Positions 27,028-40,690 of a DNA stretch of 64,000 nucleotides are shown one piece after another. The translations under genes and the position numbers were made by a program. Within the stretch, counting starts at the first letter, position 1, and each line of letters starts with the position of its first letter. Source of the stretch: Octopus vulgaris. Taxonomy: Eukaryota. The notes under the pieces were generated by a model that did no database searches, was not told where the DNA came from, and saw only the letters and a program-made list of their open reading frames with translations. The stretch lies in assembly GCA_951406725.2 (NCBI GenBank), contig OX597814.1, positions 97,154,001-97,218,000 of the forward strand, written 5' to 3'.

Positions 27028-30000
27028 CAAATTTAAACCTCCCATTAAAATTCCATATCAAATCATATTCCAAATACCAGCATAATAATGACAAAGTCAT
27101 TTTGATAAATTTTTCATTATTCTAAAATTTAACTGAAGCAAAGGCATTATATTTCAACATAATTATATAAGAAAAGGGTTTAAATGTAACATTTGTACTT
27201 AGTCTAAATATTGTATTACTAACTAAACTCAAAAACTCTCTAAACACCCAGTGCCATCTTGACATTTATTGCACCCTTTTGAATTCACAACACCCCAAAA
27301 AAGATCAGGAAAGTGCCACTGACATTAAGAACTATTGCTCCAACAAAACTATCAGTTATACAATTCACAATGGATAGACACTAGAGAAGAAAGTCGATGA
27401 AACAGATGAATATAAAAGATGCTGAAGACCTCATAGTTATATTTCTTTTTTTCTTTAGTCGCTGCAGCTTGAGAGCTAAAGAGCTGTTTCAGTCATTGGA
27501 CCAGGGCCATGCTAGAATACCACATTGGAAGGGAATGGTTTAGTCAAACAAATCAACTACAGTACTTCTAAGTACAGTATTTCTAAGCCTGGTGCTTATT
27601 CTATCAGTCTCTTTTGCAGAACTACTGTTATGGGGACATAAACAAACCAACACCAGTTGTCAAGTAACGGAGGCAAACACAGAGAGATATACACACACAT
27701 ACATGATAGACTTCTTTCAGTTTCTATCTACAAAATCCACTCACAAGGTTTTGGTCGGTGCAGAGCCACAAAGGTATTTTTGCACTTCATTTTTCAGAAT
27801 ATTGACATTTTAATAGTTTTGTCAAAAATTTAATATAACCTTTACTCTAAGTCAAAAAATAAATAAATAAATTCAGATTATCACATTACTCAAATTAAAA
27901 AAAAAATAAATAAAAATAAAAAAAGAAAGTTCTTTTCCCTCTGAACATTTCAAAGTAAAAAGACACTACATATTATCAAAATCAATTATCAGCCTGAATA
28001 ACAATAGCAAGGCTTTAACATGGGTAACCAAAAATAGTGACTCAGCATTGAGCTGGTAGCCAATTACATAAGTAGTTTGGTCACTTTCACTATATGTCTA
28101 AGATGATATTTAACAGTTTACTAATCAAACACCCTATCAAAAATTCAGACAAGTAGCTATGTTACTGTGGTTTTCATTCAAGCCAGATAAGCAGCAGACA
28201 AAATATTAATTAAAATTAGTTTTTTTTATATAATAAGCTTTCAGTTGAAGGTAACATACACATACATATCTATACACATACCATATACACACCCACCCAA
28301 AATTCCTTTTGCCTGTGACTAAGTTCCACCTGACAGCTTATGCAACCAGTTTTCATATAACATCAGGTGACACTTTAAATACCAGCTTAAATGAATTTTA
28401 TAATAAATCTAAAACCTACTTTTAGTATTGAATCATCCCCTCCACCAGTATTCATATAACAACCTAAATCTAATACATATATATTTACTATCATCTTGTT
28501 TAACTCCTTAGCATTCAGATTACTTTATCAAGAGTGATGTTTATTTTTTCTTTAACTTGTTTCAGTCATTTGACTGCAGCTATGCCGGATGAACACCTTA
28601 AAGGGTTTTAGTAAAAAAAAAATCAACCCCAGGACTTACTCTTTGTAAGCCTAGTACTTATTCTATTGGTCTCTTTTGCCGAACTGCTAGGTTATGGGGA
28701 CAAACACAGACACATATAAATACATATATATGTGTGTGTGTGTGATGAGTTTCTTTCAGTTTACACCTAGAAATCTACTCACAAGGCTTTTGTTGGCCTG
28801 AGGCTACAGTAGAAGACACTTTCCCAGGTACCACATGGTGGGACTGAACCTGGAATCATGTGGTTGGGAAAGAAGCTTCTTACTACACAGCCATGCCTAT
28901 ATATATATATATATGTGTGTGTATGTGTGACGGGCTTCTCTCAGTTTTTGTCTACCAAATCCACTTACAAGGCTTTGGCTGATCTGAGGGTATAGTAGAA
29001 GACACTTGCCCAAGGTGTCACACAGTGGGACTGAACCCAGAACCATGTGGTTGGGAAGCAAGCTTCTTACCACACTGCCATGCTTGCTCACATTTAAAAA
29101 ATTTAGTCATGTATTATCTTGTAGCTTTGAAATTTTGAAGATGTGATTGTTTATTTTTAGATTAACATTTTAGGGTAGGTGTGAGAAACTGAATTTAGCT
29201 GGCTTCAGCATAAAACAGATAGAATATTTTGGCCAGATATAGCTGATTTAAATGCTAAAGGGCTAAACAGTTACTTTGCTAGAGAATGTAACTGTCAGCT
29301 GTTCACAGCCAAAGGATTATGGTAACACTCCTTACTGAGATTTAAAGAATTCAGTGAGAATTCATGCAGTTCTGTTAACACTGTTTGCTGTAGATCTTTT
29401 GTTTTCACGCATGTGTGTTGTGCTCATGAGCAAGACACTTTATTTCATGCTGCTCTAGTTCACTGAGCTGTATAAATGAGCTGCGACATCACTGGTGCCA
29501 AGCTGTATCAGTCTTTGTCTTCCCCTTGGGTAACATTGGTAGTGTTGAGAGGGGAGGCTGGTATGCATGGGCAACTGCTGGTCTTCCATAAACAACCTTG
29601 CCTGGACTTGTGTCTAGGAGGGGAACTTTCTAGGTGTAATCCCATGGTCATTCATGACTGATGGAGGTCTTTACCTTTTATCCTTTTATATATACAAAAC
29701 ACAAGCTAAGTAACATTATGGCTGTCCATTATTGTCATTTCCCCCCCACCCTCTCTCTCTCATACAAAATTTCTTCTTCTCCACAACCCATCTTCCTAAC
29801 ATCCCTCCATCTCACCACTCACAGCACTCGTGTGTCTGTCCACATACACTTCATGTCCTTACATACTACACACCCTACTGTTCCAACACCACCTATTTCT
29901 TTCTTTTTCTCTCTCTAACTTTCTCCTCCCTTGTCCTATTAGGGTAGCCAAATTTCACCCCTATAGTATAACTATCTTTGTCCCTCTATTATACTCTAAC

Positions 30001-32389
30001 TTCTCACCTGACACACAGCCACTTCCCTTGGTTCCACTCCGACATGCAAATTACTTGGCAACCTCACTGGTGCTGATGTATCATAAAAAGCACCAGGGCT
30101 GGTGCCATGTAAACAGCACCTATGTTGGTGTCATGTAAAAAGCACCCATGCTGGTGCCACATAAAAACACTCTGTACACATTGTAAAGTGGTTAGTGTTA
30201 GAAAGGGCATCTAGCCATAGAAACCATACCAAAACAGACCAATGGAACCTGCTGCAACTCTTCAACTGGTCAGCTCCTGCCAAACCATCCAACCCATGCC
30301 AGCATAGAAAACAGCCATTAAATGATGATGAACTTATATATATATATATATATATTATATGTGTGAGTATGTGTGTATATATGAAGGTTTGAGTGTATGT
30401 GTATATATATATATCCTATATGTTGGCTTAGATTAAAACACTTCCTTCCCTTTTACCACAGATGTTTGACAATATGAAAGCTCATCCATTGCTTATCAAC
30501 TGGAGTTAAGGAGCCATATGTATATAAATGCCTATGAAATAACTTATGATAAGAGTTTTATAAGTGGAGCTGACAATCCATTCATTTCTATTCCAGCCAG
30601 TGTACAATTTCATACACTTACACTGCAATTCTCCCATCACTACTTTGGCCAGTATGGTGAAATCTTTGTTTTGCTGGTGAAATCATAAGATTAAAACCAG
30701 TTTTGCCTAGATAGTTGCCAAAATAATTCAATCAGTCATTGATTAAAATTTGTTTTTTCTTCACTGCATGATTTTTATAGTCAGCTTTTTAATACTCCTT
30801 GCATTATGAATTAATACTAAATTAAGTATTAGTTACAATGTTTGGCTAATGATTCAAATATAACCAGGCCTGATTACATCTACAAGTACTAACAATTTAT
30901 GAGTCAATAAAGGAACCTCAATACAGTCATTCAACCTGCTAGAGATAGCAACAAAATCTCCCTCAAGTCACATCCTATTGTCTTACACACAAAATGTAAT
31001 TATAGATATAAAAAATGACAGGCTAGTCAATTCTGGAATGCCTCTGATCACAGAGCCACTTGATCAGGATAGACTTGAGGTATAACAAGAGTTTTATGTA
31101 TTATTTCCAATTTGTCTTCAATATAAATGCCACATATTGGAATCAACAAGTATATGGTTCTTAATAATCAACTTCCTTCATACAATTATTATTCTAAGAA
31201 ACAGAACAAAAATTACAAGGATACATGCAGCAACCTAATGATAAGAAAATGCACCATTAATCTTAGATCAGACTATAGCACCTTGTATCAAGGGCATTTC
31301 AACACCACAGATTTGCTAAGCATGTCCAACAATAATAAAACGCAGAAGGAAAAAAGAAATAGGACACAAACTGAAGTTGTTACAGGGTGTGGCACTGAGT
31401 AATTTATTCTGAAAATTTATCTTAATACTAGTGAAGTGGGATTGGAAATAATTTTTGTCTGACATGCTTTTAAATTAGAGAAGAAAGCTTACAAACAACC
31501 TCAGTCACATAAACTAAATGAGGAAAAGTAAATAAATTCAAAAATTAAGACACATGCTAGTAAAAGAAATCAAGGAACCTTGCAGTGTATGTCGTGTTAG
31601 GTTTTGGAAGCTGCTTACAAAACTTGGGCTATTTTAAGAAATATTTTTGAAAATTAGGTCTGATACATTAGAGCGATAATTTTCTGCTGACTGAATGACT
31701 AAGTAGAAACTCAAGAGAATGTCAACAAACTATAGTAATTACACACATAGCTGCATCAGTTAAAAACACTAAAATATTAACTGATCTAATTCTATTATCT
31801 ACTATATAGTAATGAAAAAAAAAATTAATATAATCTGTTTTATCCAAACTAATTCATATATTGATTTAATTTAATTTAGAAATAACAGATCTAACATACA
31901 CGTGATAGAGTAATTAATCAATTCTGAGATGTTAGTATAATACCATGTGTTTAGTAATTATAACTATCATTCAATTGCCTTTCATCAATAAACAGGAAAT
32001 CTACTTCTAATTTTTATTAAGATGTATATAACAGAGTACTGATTTATGTTAGGATTCCAGATAATGTCATGGGATTATGATTAGCAGCATCAATATTTAA
32101 TGTCCATTTTCCATGCTTGGCATGGACTGGACAACTTGACAGGAACTGTCAAGGCTAGAGGGCTGCACCTGGTTCCATAGTCTGTTTTGGCTTGGTTTCT
32201 ACAGCTGGATGCCCTTCCTAATACCAACCACTTTACAGAGTATACTAGGTGCTTATGTAAAAAAACAAAATGATGAAAGGATATTAGGGGAATGAACATG
32301 AGTACAAAAAATGAAAGCAAGTTCAAATCTTAAATTTATTAAATATAGACAATGGTGTTATTTAAAAATATTTCAGTAAATTCTTATTA

Positions 32390-32605
32390 ATCCTTTTGCT
32401 ATATTTTTACTGAAATATATTACTTTTGTATTAGTAAATTTTCAAATTAATGATGAGTTTAGTAAAATAACTATCATTATTAAACTGGTGTTTGGATCAT
32501 AAATTGAATGTGAAATTTCCATTGGTTTACAATTAGATCACTTTAAAACAAGAAGTTTGTATCGTAGAACCAGGGGCAGTCTCAGGTGAGTTGGTATCAA
32601 AAGGG
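32390..32605. mobile_element. Second TTAA-flanked MITE family
   Basis: ttaa-tccttttgcta...tatcaaaaggg. Reverse-oriented homologues at ~13158-13335 and ~27035-27179. Confidence 0.6.
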
Positions 32606-33067
32606 TGAAAGCAAACTTCAGTACATTCCATGCGAGAGGAATTCATTGTAGTTAAATGATACATTGGCTAGCTTTCATAATCAAATTCAATGGCAGAGTG
32701 AACTAATATGACTTGTGGAACTTGGTCTTCAGAGTGAAAATTCCCAAATGACCAGAAACCTATTTTGACAGACAGTTTAACTGAGGCAATTTAAAAAAAA
32801 AAAATGTTCTGTCCAAAGACAGAAACATACTGAAATACCAACAACAAATTTGATTCATGGGCTATGAAATCACCTCAATATAAGCTTTATTTTTGGCCAT
32901 TTCAAACTTACCAAGTCATAATAATTCTGATATAGTTAATAATGTATAAAAATGTCCACTACAGAAAAAGAATCAAGGTAAGACATTGAAAAAACTTTAA
33001 TGTAAATAATGTTTTGACAATGGTTATGCTAGGCTGTGGAATTTTAGACAACCTTATACATCTAGAT

Positions 33068-33407
33068 CAGTGGTTCTCAACCAGGGTCCACATGGTCCCT
33101 GGTAGTCCATATAAGATTTTGGTGGGTCTACGCAAATAAAATAGCCAACTGGGGATCCACAGTAGTATTTTAAAGGTTCATGAAAAGTTTTGCTTTAGCT
33201 GTATTTATTGCAAGAAACAGCTCAGTTTGTTTCTCTAATGTTTTACATGGTACAACCTACACAAGTTAATGTATAAAAAGCAAAATAGGAGTTTTGAAAG
33301 AAGTATATATAAAACAAGTTTTTAAACATTGAATGGCTATGGAGGTGTCACCAGAATAAAATAGTAATTAAAGGAGTCAATAGGTAAAAAATGATTGAGA
33401 ACCATTG
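33068..33407. mobile_element. hAT (Charlie-like) MITE
   Basis: TIRs cagtggttctcaacc / gattgagaaccattg. 8-bp flanks atctagat / gtacagat (5/8 match). A similar terminus is at ~25023. Confidence 0.7.
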
Positions 33408-35534
33408 GTACAGATGAATGCATACATTTTGCCTTTATATGACATGCAGTTAGATCTATGCAGATAAGGTTGTCTAAAATTCATCATCATCATTTAATGC
33501 TAACTTTTCCATGATTGTATGGGTCAAGTGGAAGTTGATGAGGCTGATTTTCTACAACCAGAGGTCCTTCTTGTTACCAAACCTAACATGCTTCTATGGA
33601 AGATTAGAAATGAACACCACAGCTTGTATGATAGTAATGTTTGTTTACAACTACTGTGCAATGTCAAGACAAGGAGACAAATACACACATATCTTTTGTT
33701 TTACTTGTTTCAGTCACTGGACAGCAGCCACGCTAGGGCACCACCTTAAAGAGTTAAGGTGAACAAATTGACCCCAGTATTTTATTTAAAGTCTGATACT
33801 TATTCTGCTAAATTATGAGGGATGTAAACAAACCAATACCAATTATCAAGTGGTGAGAGTGGGAGACAAATACAAACATATATACATGTATGAGCTTCCA
33901 TGCAGCTGCTGTCTACCAATTTCACTCACAAGGCATTAGTTGGCCCAGGGCTATAGTAGAAGACAATAGCTCAAAGTGCCATGTAGTGGGACTGAACCTG
34001 AAACCACAAGATAGTAAAGCAAACTTCTTAACCAAACAGCTATGCTTGCACCTACAATGGGCTTCTTTCAGTTTCTATCAAACAAATCACTCACACAGCT
34101 TTGGTTGGCCCAGGAATGTAGTAGAAGACAATTGCCCAAGGCGCCATGCAATGAACTGCAAACCACATGGCTAGGAAGCAAACTCACTAACTATGAAGCA
34201 ATAAGCAACTTAAATGTGAAATGCATTAAAAAAAAAACAAAAAAAAAACTTACTGTTATTGTTAAATTAGTTTCAAACAAACAACCTAAATTACTCGTTT
34301 AGCTAACACCTACTTTTTATACATGTCTGTCTGGCCACATGTGAGCAAAGCAGCTGTACTGTGTTATAAACTTTCTAAGACCAACTACAGAGAGAGATCA
34401 AAAAGTGATGACACAAAAAAGATTGAAGCTGGCTGACCTATAGTTATCAGTTTTGATAGACTGAATATATTAATTATGAATAAGTAAATAGAGCAACACT
34501 TCTGAAGCTGAAGTCTAGATTTCCATTATATTTACAATTATTGGGAGAATAGGCAGGCTAAAACAGAGTGAACAACAAAATATAGCTGAAAGAAAAGCCT
34601 GAGTTAGTAAATTAGATTTGCTCTGAATTTAAAAATAAAATTCACAAGCCAATGAGGAAGACTCTAGGTAGTGTTTCAACTTGCTAGAAATGGTAGTCAT
34701 GTCTTCCTCAAAAACACCCTACCATTTTGAAAGGTGAGAAGGTCATTACTGTAATGCCTTTGATCACAGTTCTGCTGATTAGGGATAACCTGGGGCTAAA
34801 CAACAACACTAGGATTTAAGGAAACTAGTAATAGTTTATGACAACAAAAGCCAGTTCATTAAGAGATAAAAATAAATAGGACACTGCATATGATGGATTT
34901 TGGCTGTCGCTAGTACTGCCTGACTGGCCCTCATGTCAGTGGCATGTAAAAGTACCCACTACACTCTCGGAGTGGTTGGCATTAGGAAGGGCATCCAGCT
35001 GTAGAAACTCTGCCAGATCAGATTGGAGCCTGGTGCAGCCATCTGGCTCACGAGTCCCCAGTCAAACCGGCCAACCCATACCAGCATGGAAAATGGTCGT
35101 TAAATGATGATAACGATGATGATGACTTACTTCATTAAACACATTTCATGATGAAAAGTAAAGTCCTGAAGTGCACAAGTCATCAAACCAAACCTAACTA
35201 AAATATGACAATTTATCAAAATTTCTAGGGCATTTTACTGAAAAACACAAACTACATTCTAAATTGTAATAACTGATTAAGATAGAGCTATCTTTCTTTT
35301 ATCTGTTTCAGCCATTGGGCTGCGGCTATGCCGGGGGCACTGTCTTGAAATGTTTCAGTTGAACAAATCAACCCAAGTACTTTTTTTTTTTAAAGTCTGG
35401 TACTTATTCTATCAAACTCTTTTGCCAAACCACAAAGTCATGGGCTGAAAACAAACCAACACATGTCAAGTGATGTGGAGGAGAAAAACACAGACACACA
35501 AATGTGTGTAAAATCAACTTCATCATTATGTATA

Positions 35535-35587
<53 letters not shown>

Positions 35588-35699
35588 CTTCCGCATAGCT
35601 TCTGTCCACCAAATTTTCTCACAAGGCAGCTGGCCCAGAACTCAAAAGCCATGCAGTTGCAAAGCAAGTTTCTTAACCATATAACCATGCCTACATCTA

Positions 35700-35917
35700 T
35701 GAGGGAGTGCTGAAACGTTCCTCGCTTTGGGTAAAAGAAACCACAGAAGGATCAGTTAATTATGATGTTATTCAACATAATCCCCTCTCAGATTCACACA
35801 CTTATTGCAGTGGTCCTTCAATTTTTCTAAGCCCAGTAAAAGAACTCGGAAGGTTGGGCCTCCAACCCAGGCCTTTCACAATACCCTTAAAGCCAGGAAC
35901 TTTTCAGCATCTCCTCA
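35700..35917. mobile_element. Mariner-derived MITE (~215 bp)
   Basis: TIRs tgagggagtgctgaaacgttcc / ggaacttttcagcatctcctca with TA flanks. Homologues at 10876-11096 and 40504-40690. Confidence 0.85.
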
Positions 35918-35919
35918 TA

Positions 35920-36326
35920 CTCTCTTTTACTTGTTTCAGTCATTTGACTGTGGCCATGCTGGAGCACCACCTTTAATCGAGCAACTTGACCCCGGGATTT
36001 ATTCTTTGTAAGCCCAGTACTTATTCTATCGGTCTCTTTTGCCGAACCGCTAAGTGACAGGAACATAAACACACCAGCATCGGTTGTCAAGCAATGCTAG
36101 GGGGACAAACACAGACACACAAACATACACGCACACACACATATATATATATATACATAAATACGACGGGCTTCTTTCAGTTTCCGTCTACCAAATCCAC
36201 TCACAAGGCTTTGGTCAGCCCAAGGCTATAGTAGAAGAAACTTGCCCAAGGTTCCATGCAGTGGGACTGAACCCGGAACCATGTGGTTGGTAAACAAGCT
36301 AATTACCACACAGCCACTCCTGCGCC
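35920..36326 (-). mobile_element. tRNA-derived SINE family A, near-full-length young copy
   Basis: Head GGCGCAGGAGTGGCTGTGTGG...GGGTTCAGTCCC (A/B boxes), internal (TA/TG)n, and a 3' stem-loop CAGTCaaatGACTGAAACAAGTAAAAGAG. Partial copies at ~1095-1300(+), 6185-6322, 8290-8490, 10575-11282, 27484-27765, 28550-29085, 33700-34190, 35300-35692, 36685-37075, 51150-51335, 58270-58470(+), 60570-60760(+) and 61390-61770. Confidence 0.9.
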
Positions 36327-37799
36327 TATATATATATATAAAATTTATTAAACACAAATTTCCTTAATGGTTTATTCTGCCAATGCACATATTTACATAA
36401 TGTGCATCTTTATAGTTGAGTGCTCTTAATGCTAGTCACTCAAGTGAAACTAATGCTAATTTTTCAGATGAAGCAGTAAATTAATTAATCACGCATGAAA
36501 GATTCAAAAGCAACTGATAATATAAAATGAAATCCTATCAACAAGAAAATTTGGTATTGGATTAAATAATTAAATCAGTATTTTTCAAATAGGTGCCATC
36601 CATTAGAATGCCTTGGGATAACTCAAGAAGCGATATTGTAAAACATGTCCGAAGGAGCATTGGGTTTATTTATCTTTTGTCTTTACACTTGTTTCAGTTA
36701 TGTGACTGCAGCCATGCTGGGGCACCAGCTTGAAAATCTTAGTTGAACAAATTGACATCAATACTGTTTTTTTTTTTTTTTAACCTGGTACTTAATCTAT
36801 CAGTCTCTTTTGCTAAACTGCTAAGTTAAAGGGATGTAAACACACTAACACTAGTTGTCAAAAGATGGGGAATAAACACAGACACAAAGACACACACATA
36901 GATATATTCACACACACATATACACATATGATGGGCTTCCTTCAGTTTCCATCAACCAAATCCCTCTCAAAGAATTCGTCAGCCTCAGACTATAGTAGAA
37001 GACACTTGCTCAAGGTGTCATAGTGAGACTGAACCTGGAACCATGTGGTTGGGAAGGAAGCTTCTTATCACACTTTCCCATGCTTACATAGGTCAGATTG
37101 ATATTTCTGAGATGGATTTTCTATAGCCAGATATCCTTCCTGTTGCTGACTGTTATTTGTTTACAAGTAAGATATTTCCTCATAACCAGATATGTTTTCA
37201 TGGAATGCTAGGAATGAAGAACAATGTTGCATGATGATGTCATTTGTTCACAACTATCACGCCACATCAAAGCAAGGAAATAGTGACACACAAACACACA
37301 CATATATCTATACACGATGGACTTCTTTCAGTTCCTGTCTACCGAATTCATTTGCAAGGCTTTGGTCAGCCTGGGGCTGTAACAGAAGACACCTGCACAA
37401 AGTCGCTATGCAGTAGGATTGAACCAGAATCATGTGATTGGGAAGTAAACTTCTTACCACACACCCATGCCTGTACCTATAACAATATTACTATTATCTT
37501 TTAAATTTCCAGTGTCAACATCTTTTAAGTTGAATGACCCATCCTACAGAGTAATACTTTGGAAATGATGCAAGCAGAGAGAAACAAAGGAACCCTACAA
37601 CAACAAAATCACAAAGCATTTTCCTCAATAAAGACCAATTGTTCTTTCTCATACATCAAAGCAAACATTATTAAACATTATTTCATGAATATTAAGCAAA
37701 GCTTAAACAGAAAGCAAACAGGATAAAGTCCATTAAACTAGTCCAACACAAGAGAAATTAAATATTAAAGTCAATTTTCAAATAATAAGAGACCCAGGA

Positions 37800-38230
37800 A
37801 TAGCTGCATGGTAAGAAGTTAGCTTCCTAACCACATGGCTCCAGATTCAGAACCTCTGTGTGGCACCTTAGGCAAGTGTCTTCTACTATAGCCCCATGCT
37901 GACCAAAGCCTTGTAAATGGATTTGGTAGATGGAAACTGAAAGAAGCCCATTGTATACATGTGTGAGTGTGTCTGTGAGTATGTTTGTGTCTCCTCATCT
38001 TGACATAATGTGATAGTTGTAAAATGAGTGTCACTGTCATACAAGCAGTGTCATTCATTTGCAATATTCAACTAGAACATGTCTGAGAATGGGGAAATTA
38101 AATTTGCCTTGAAACAAGTGAAAATTCACAACTGGCAGGGCACCCAATGAAAGAAAACCCCTCTCAATAAACTCCATCTGACCTATGCAAGTATGGAAAA
38201 GTGGATGCTAAAATGATGCTGATGATGATT
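37800..38230 (+). mobile_element. Chimeric SINE: family A head plus a distinct body plus a family B-type (GAT)n tail
   Basis: Head matches 35920-36326 and tail matches ...gcatggaaaagtggacgttaaa(tga)n. Relatives at ~3785-4030, 8785-9260, 33480-33690, 37075-37475, 40190-40430, 41385-41730, 42340-42700, 48285-48485 and 57735-58245. Confidence 0.75.
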
Positions 38231-39135
38231 AAAAACTGAACATAAAGAAAATCCACTGTGCTAGATCAACACCAGAGAAATTAAACACTAATGGCAATTT
38301 TCAAGTAATAAAATATTACCATTATATATTCATGGCACATAAAAGGCACCATTCAAGTGTGATCGTTACCAGCGTCGCCTTACTGGCACTTGTGCCCATG
38401 CTAGTATAGTGCCAAGAGCACCATCTGAGCGTGATCATTGCCAGAGCAGCTAACTGGCTTCCGTGCTGGTGGCATGTAAAAAGCACCCACTACACTCTCG
38501 GAGTGGTTGGCATTAGGAAGGGCATCGAGCTGTAGAAACTGCCAGATCAAGATTGGAGCCTGGTGCAGCCATCTGGTTCGCCAGACCTCAGTCAAAATTG
38601 TCCAACCCATGCTAGCATGGAAAGCAGACGTTAAACAATGATGATGATGATATGAGACTGAGAATAGTGAAATATAATCAGTATATGAATAATGGTTTCA
38701 GCCCAAGTAATAAGGAGATAACACAATCTTAAAATATTCTTCATGTTATTTACATACCAAAACATTCTATTAATATAAAAAGTATATTTAGTGATTCTCA
38801 GAAGACTCAAGTAAAATTACAAAAATATACAGCTTTTATATTTTATTTTCAAACTATTTTAACAGTTAATGTCTTCCTTCTTAGGGAAAAACTTTGGTAA
38901 GCACATATGTGCTTAATTTACATATGTATCCAGTTAAAATATTTAGAATGGGGACTGTGTGTGTGGGGGGGGGATGCAGCCTTCCAAAAACAAATCTGGA
39001 TTTTGTATTAATGAATACATCTTTATTGAGTACATATGATATTTGATGCTCTTAAATTATTTTTAAGAAACATGTTTAAAAAAATTAGTTAACAGTATTT
39101 ACATTCGTTGGATATTTGTCCTCATCTTGTTTGTT

Positions 39136-39180
39136 AACATAACGTTTCAGCTGATATACCATCCAGCCTTTTTCAGGTGT
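39136..39180 (-). ncRNA. Minimal type I hammerhead ribozyme motif (decayed copy, G8->A)
   Basis: ACAC CUGAAAA a GGCUG gauggtatat CAGCU GAAACGUU aUGU. Confidence 0.7.
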
Positions 39181-39390
39181 GTTGGGGAAATTTCGAACCT
39201 GGGTTCTCATTCCTAAGGTCTTTTTTGATATTATTATTAGTATTGTTCAGGTCACTGCTTGGAATCGAACTCGGAATCTTGGGGTTAGTAGCCTGCGCTC
39301 TCAACCACTATGCCATATGCCTGAACAACAATAATAATAACATCGAAAAAGACCTTAGGAATGAGAACCCAGGTTCGAAATTTCCCCAAC

Positions 39391-39434
39391 ACACCTGAAG
39401 AAGGCTGGAGGGTATATCAGCCGAAATGCTGTGT
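39391..39434 (+). ncRNA. Minimal type I hammerhead ribozyme motif (decayed copy)
   Basis: ACAC CUGAAGA a GGCUG gagggtatat CAGCC GAAA ugcu GUGU. The sister arm has GAAACGUU. Confidence 0.75.
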
Positions 39435-40503
39435 TAACAACAAACAAGATGAGGACAAATATCCGTCAAATGCAAAAAATGTACATAATTCCTCATCTCT
39501 TAAATATAGAACTAAATTAGTAAACAGTTTTATTAACTATCTATATTTTCACAATAAATGAAATCACACTTTCCATATGACATTTTTTTCCTTCATGCAA
39601 TTTTATTGAATTGTACTTAATTCAATGAAGCCATCAAATACATAAAAAAAAAAAAAAAAAAACAAAAACAAGTTCCTTGTACCTGATCTGCAGTATTAAT
39701 TACTCCAGTTAAGTTTGTTGATACATCACTACCCCTCCCCATGACATATATATGATACATACACACATGAATATAAATATACATATGTGTGTGTATTTAT
39801 GTATATATAAATATATATTCCATTTTATATAAATAAATAGAAATAGGGAGTGACTAGTCATGTGGTTAAGATGCTACTCAAATAATATCAAAGTTTAAAC
39901 TTTGCTAGAGCCAACTATATCAGGCCATTTCGGGAGATAAATTGTCTAACAACTTGAGATAAGCAAAAACACACTTAACTGTAAAAACACTTGTCTTAGC
40001 ATGCTCGGTTAGCATGTGAAACATGAAAACCTTTCAACAATATTCAAAACATTTTGATTCATTGCTTTCAAATACGAGACCTGAATAATACAGACTGTTT
40101 GGTTTTCAAAAACATTTTTCAACAGAAGCCTCTAACATACTATGTACAAGTGAATAATATGTACAAAAAAAAATAAATAAAAGGTTGTAATCATTTAATA
40201 TCAAGATGTCCATGTTTACATGGTTCAGACAGAATTTGTTGAGACATATTTTCTAGGACCAGATGCCCTTCTTGTCAACCTGCACCTGTTTCCATGCAAG
40301 GTAATATTTTCTCATAGCTGGGCATGTTTTTCACAGAGGACTGAAAAGGAACCATCTCACCAGTATGATGATGGTGCTCACTTACACAAGCATCACATGA
40401 TATCTAGATAAGGACAAATGCAAACACATACATCAGCAGTGGTGCCCCAGCATGGCTGCAGCCTTCGGGCTGAAACATTTTTAAGGATTTAAGGACATAT
40501 ATA

Positions 40504-40690
40504 TGAGGGGGTGCTGAAAAGTTCCTGGCTCTGGGTAAAAGAAAATAGATGAGGATTAGTTATTTATGATTTTATTCGACATATTCCCCTCTCACAATCA
40601 CACAGCTATTGCAGCAGTCCTGTTTGTTTTAAGCCTCCAACCAGGCCTTTTGCGATACCCTTAAAGCCAGAAACTTTTCAGCACCCACCA
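40504..40690. mobile_element. Mariner-derived MITE
   Basis: TIRs tgagggggtgctgaaaagttcctggct / agccagaaacttttcagcacccacca. Confidence 0.8.

Larger units (their letters stand above)
39097..39513. mobile_element. Fold-back non-autonomous retroelement: inverted ~150-bp arms, each with a hammerhead motif, flanking a tRNA-like Pol III head
   Basis: Arms ~39098-39251 and ~39319-39476 are reverse complements. The centre (minus strand) has A box TGGCATAGTGG and B box GAGTTCGATTCC. Flanked by aaattagttaacagt (39082-39096) and aaattagtaaacagt (39514-39528). Confidence 0.85.

Noticed and set aside
39250-39321. Possible tRNA gene
   Set aside because: A and B boxes are present, but the acceptor and anticodon stems do not pair properly and it is embedded in a mobile element. 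Treated as a tRNA-derived head, as are those at 36.3, 46.1 and 56.8 kb.
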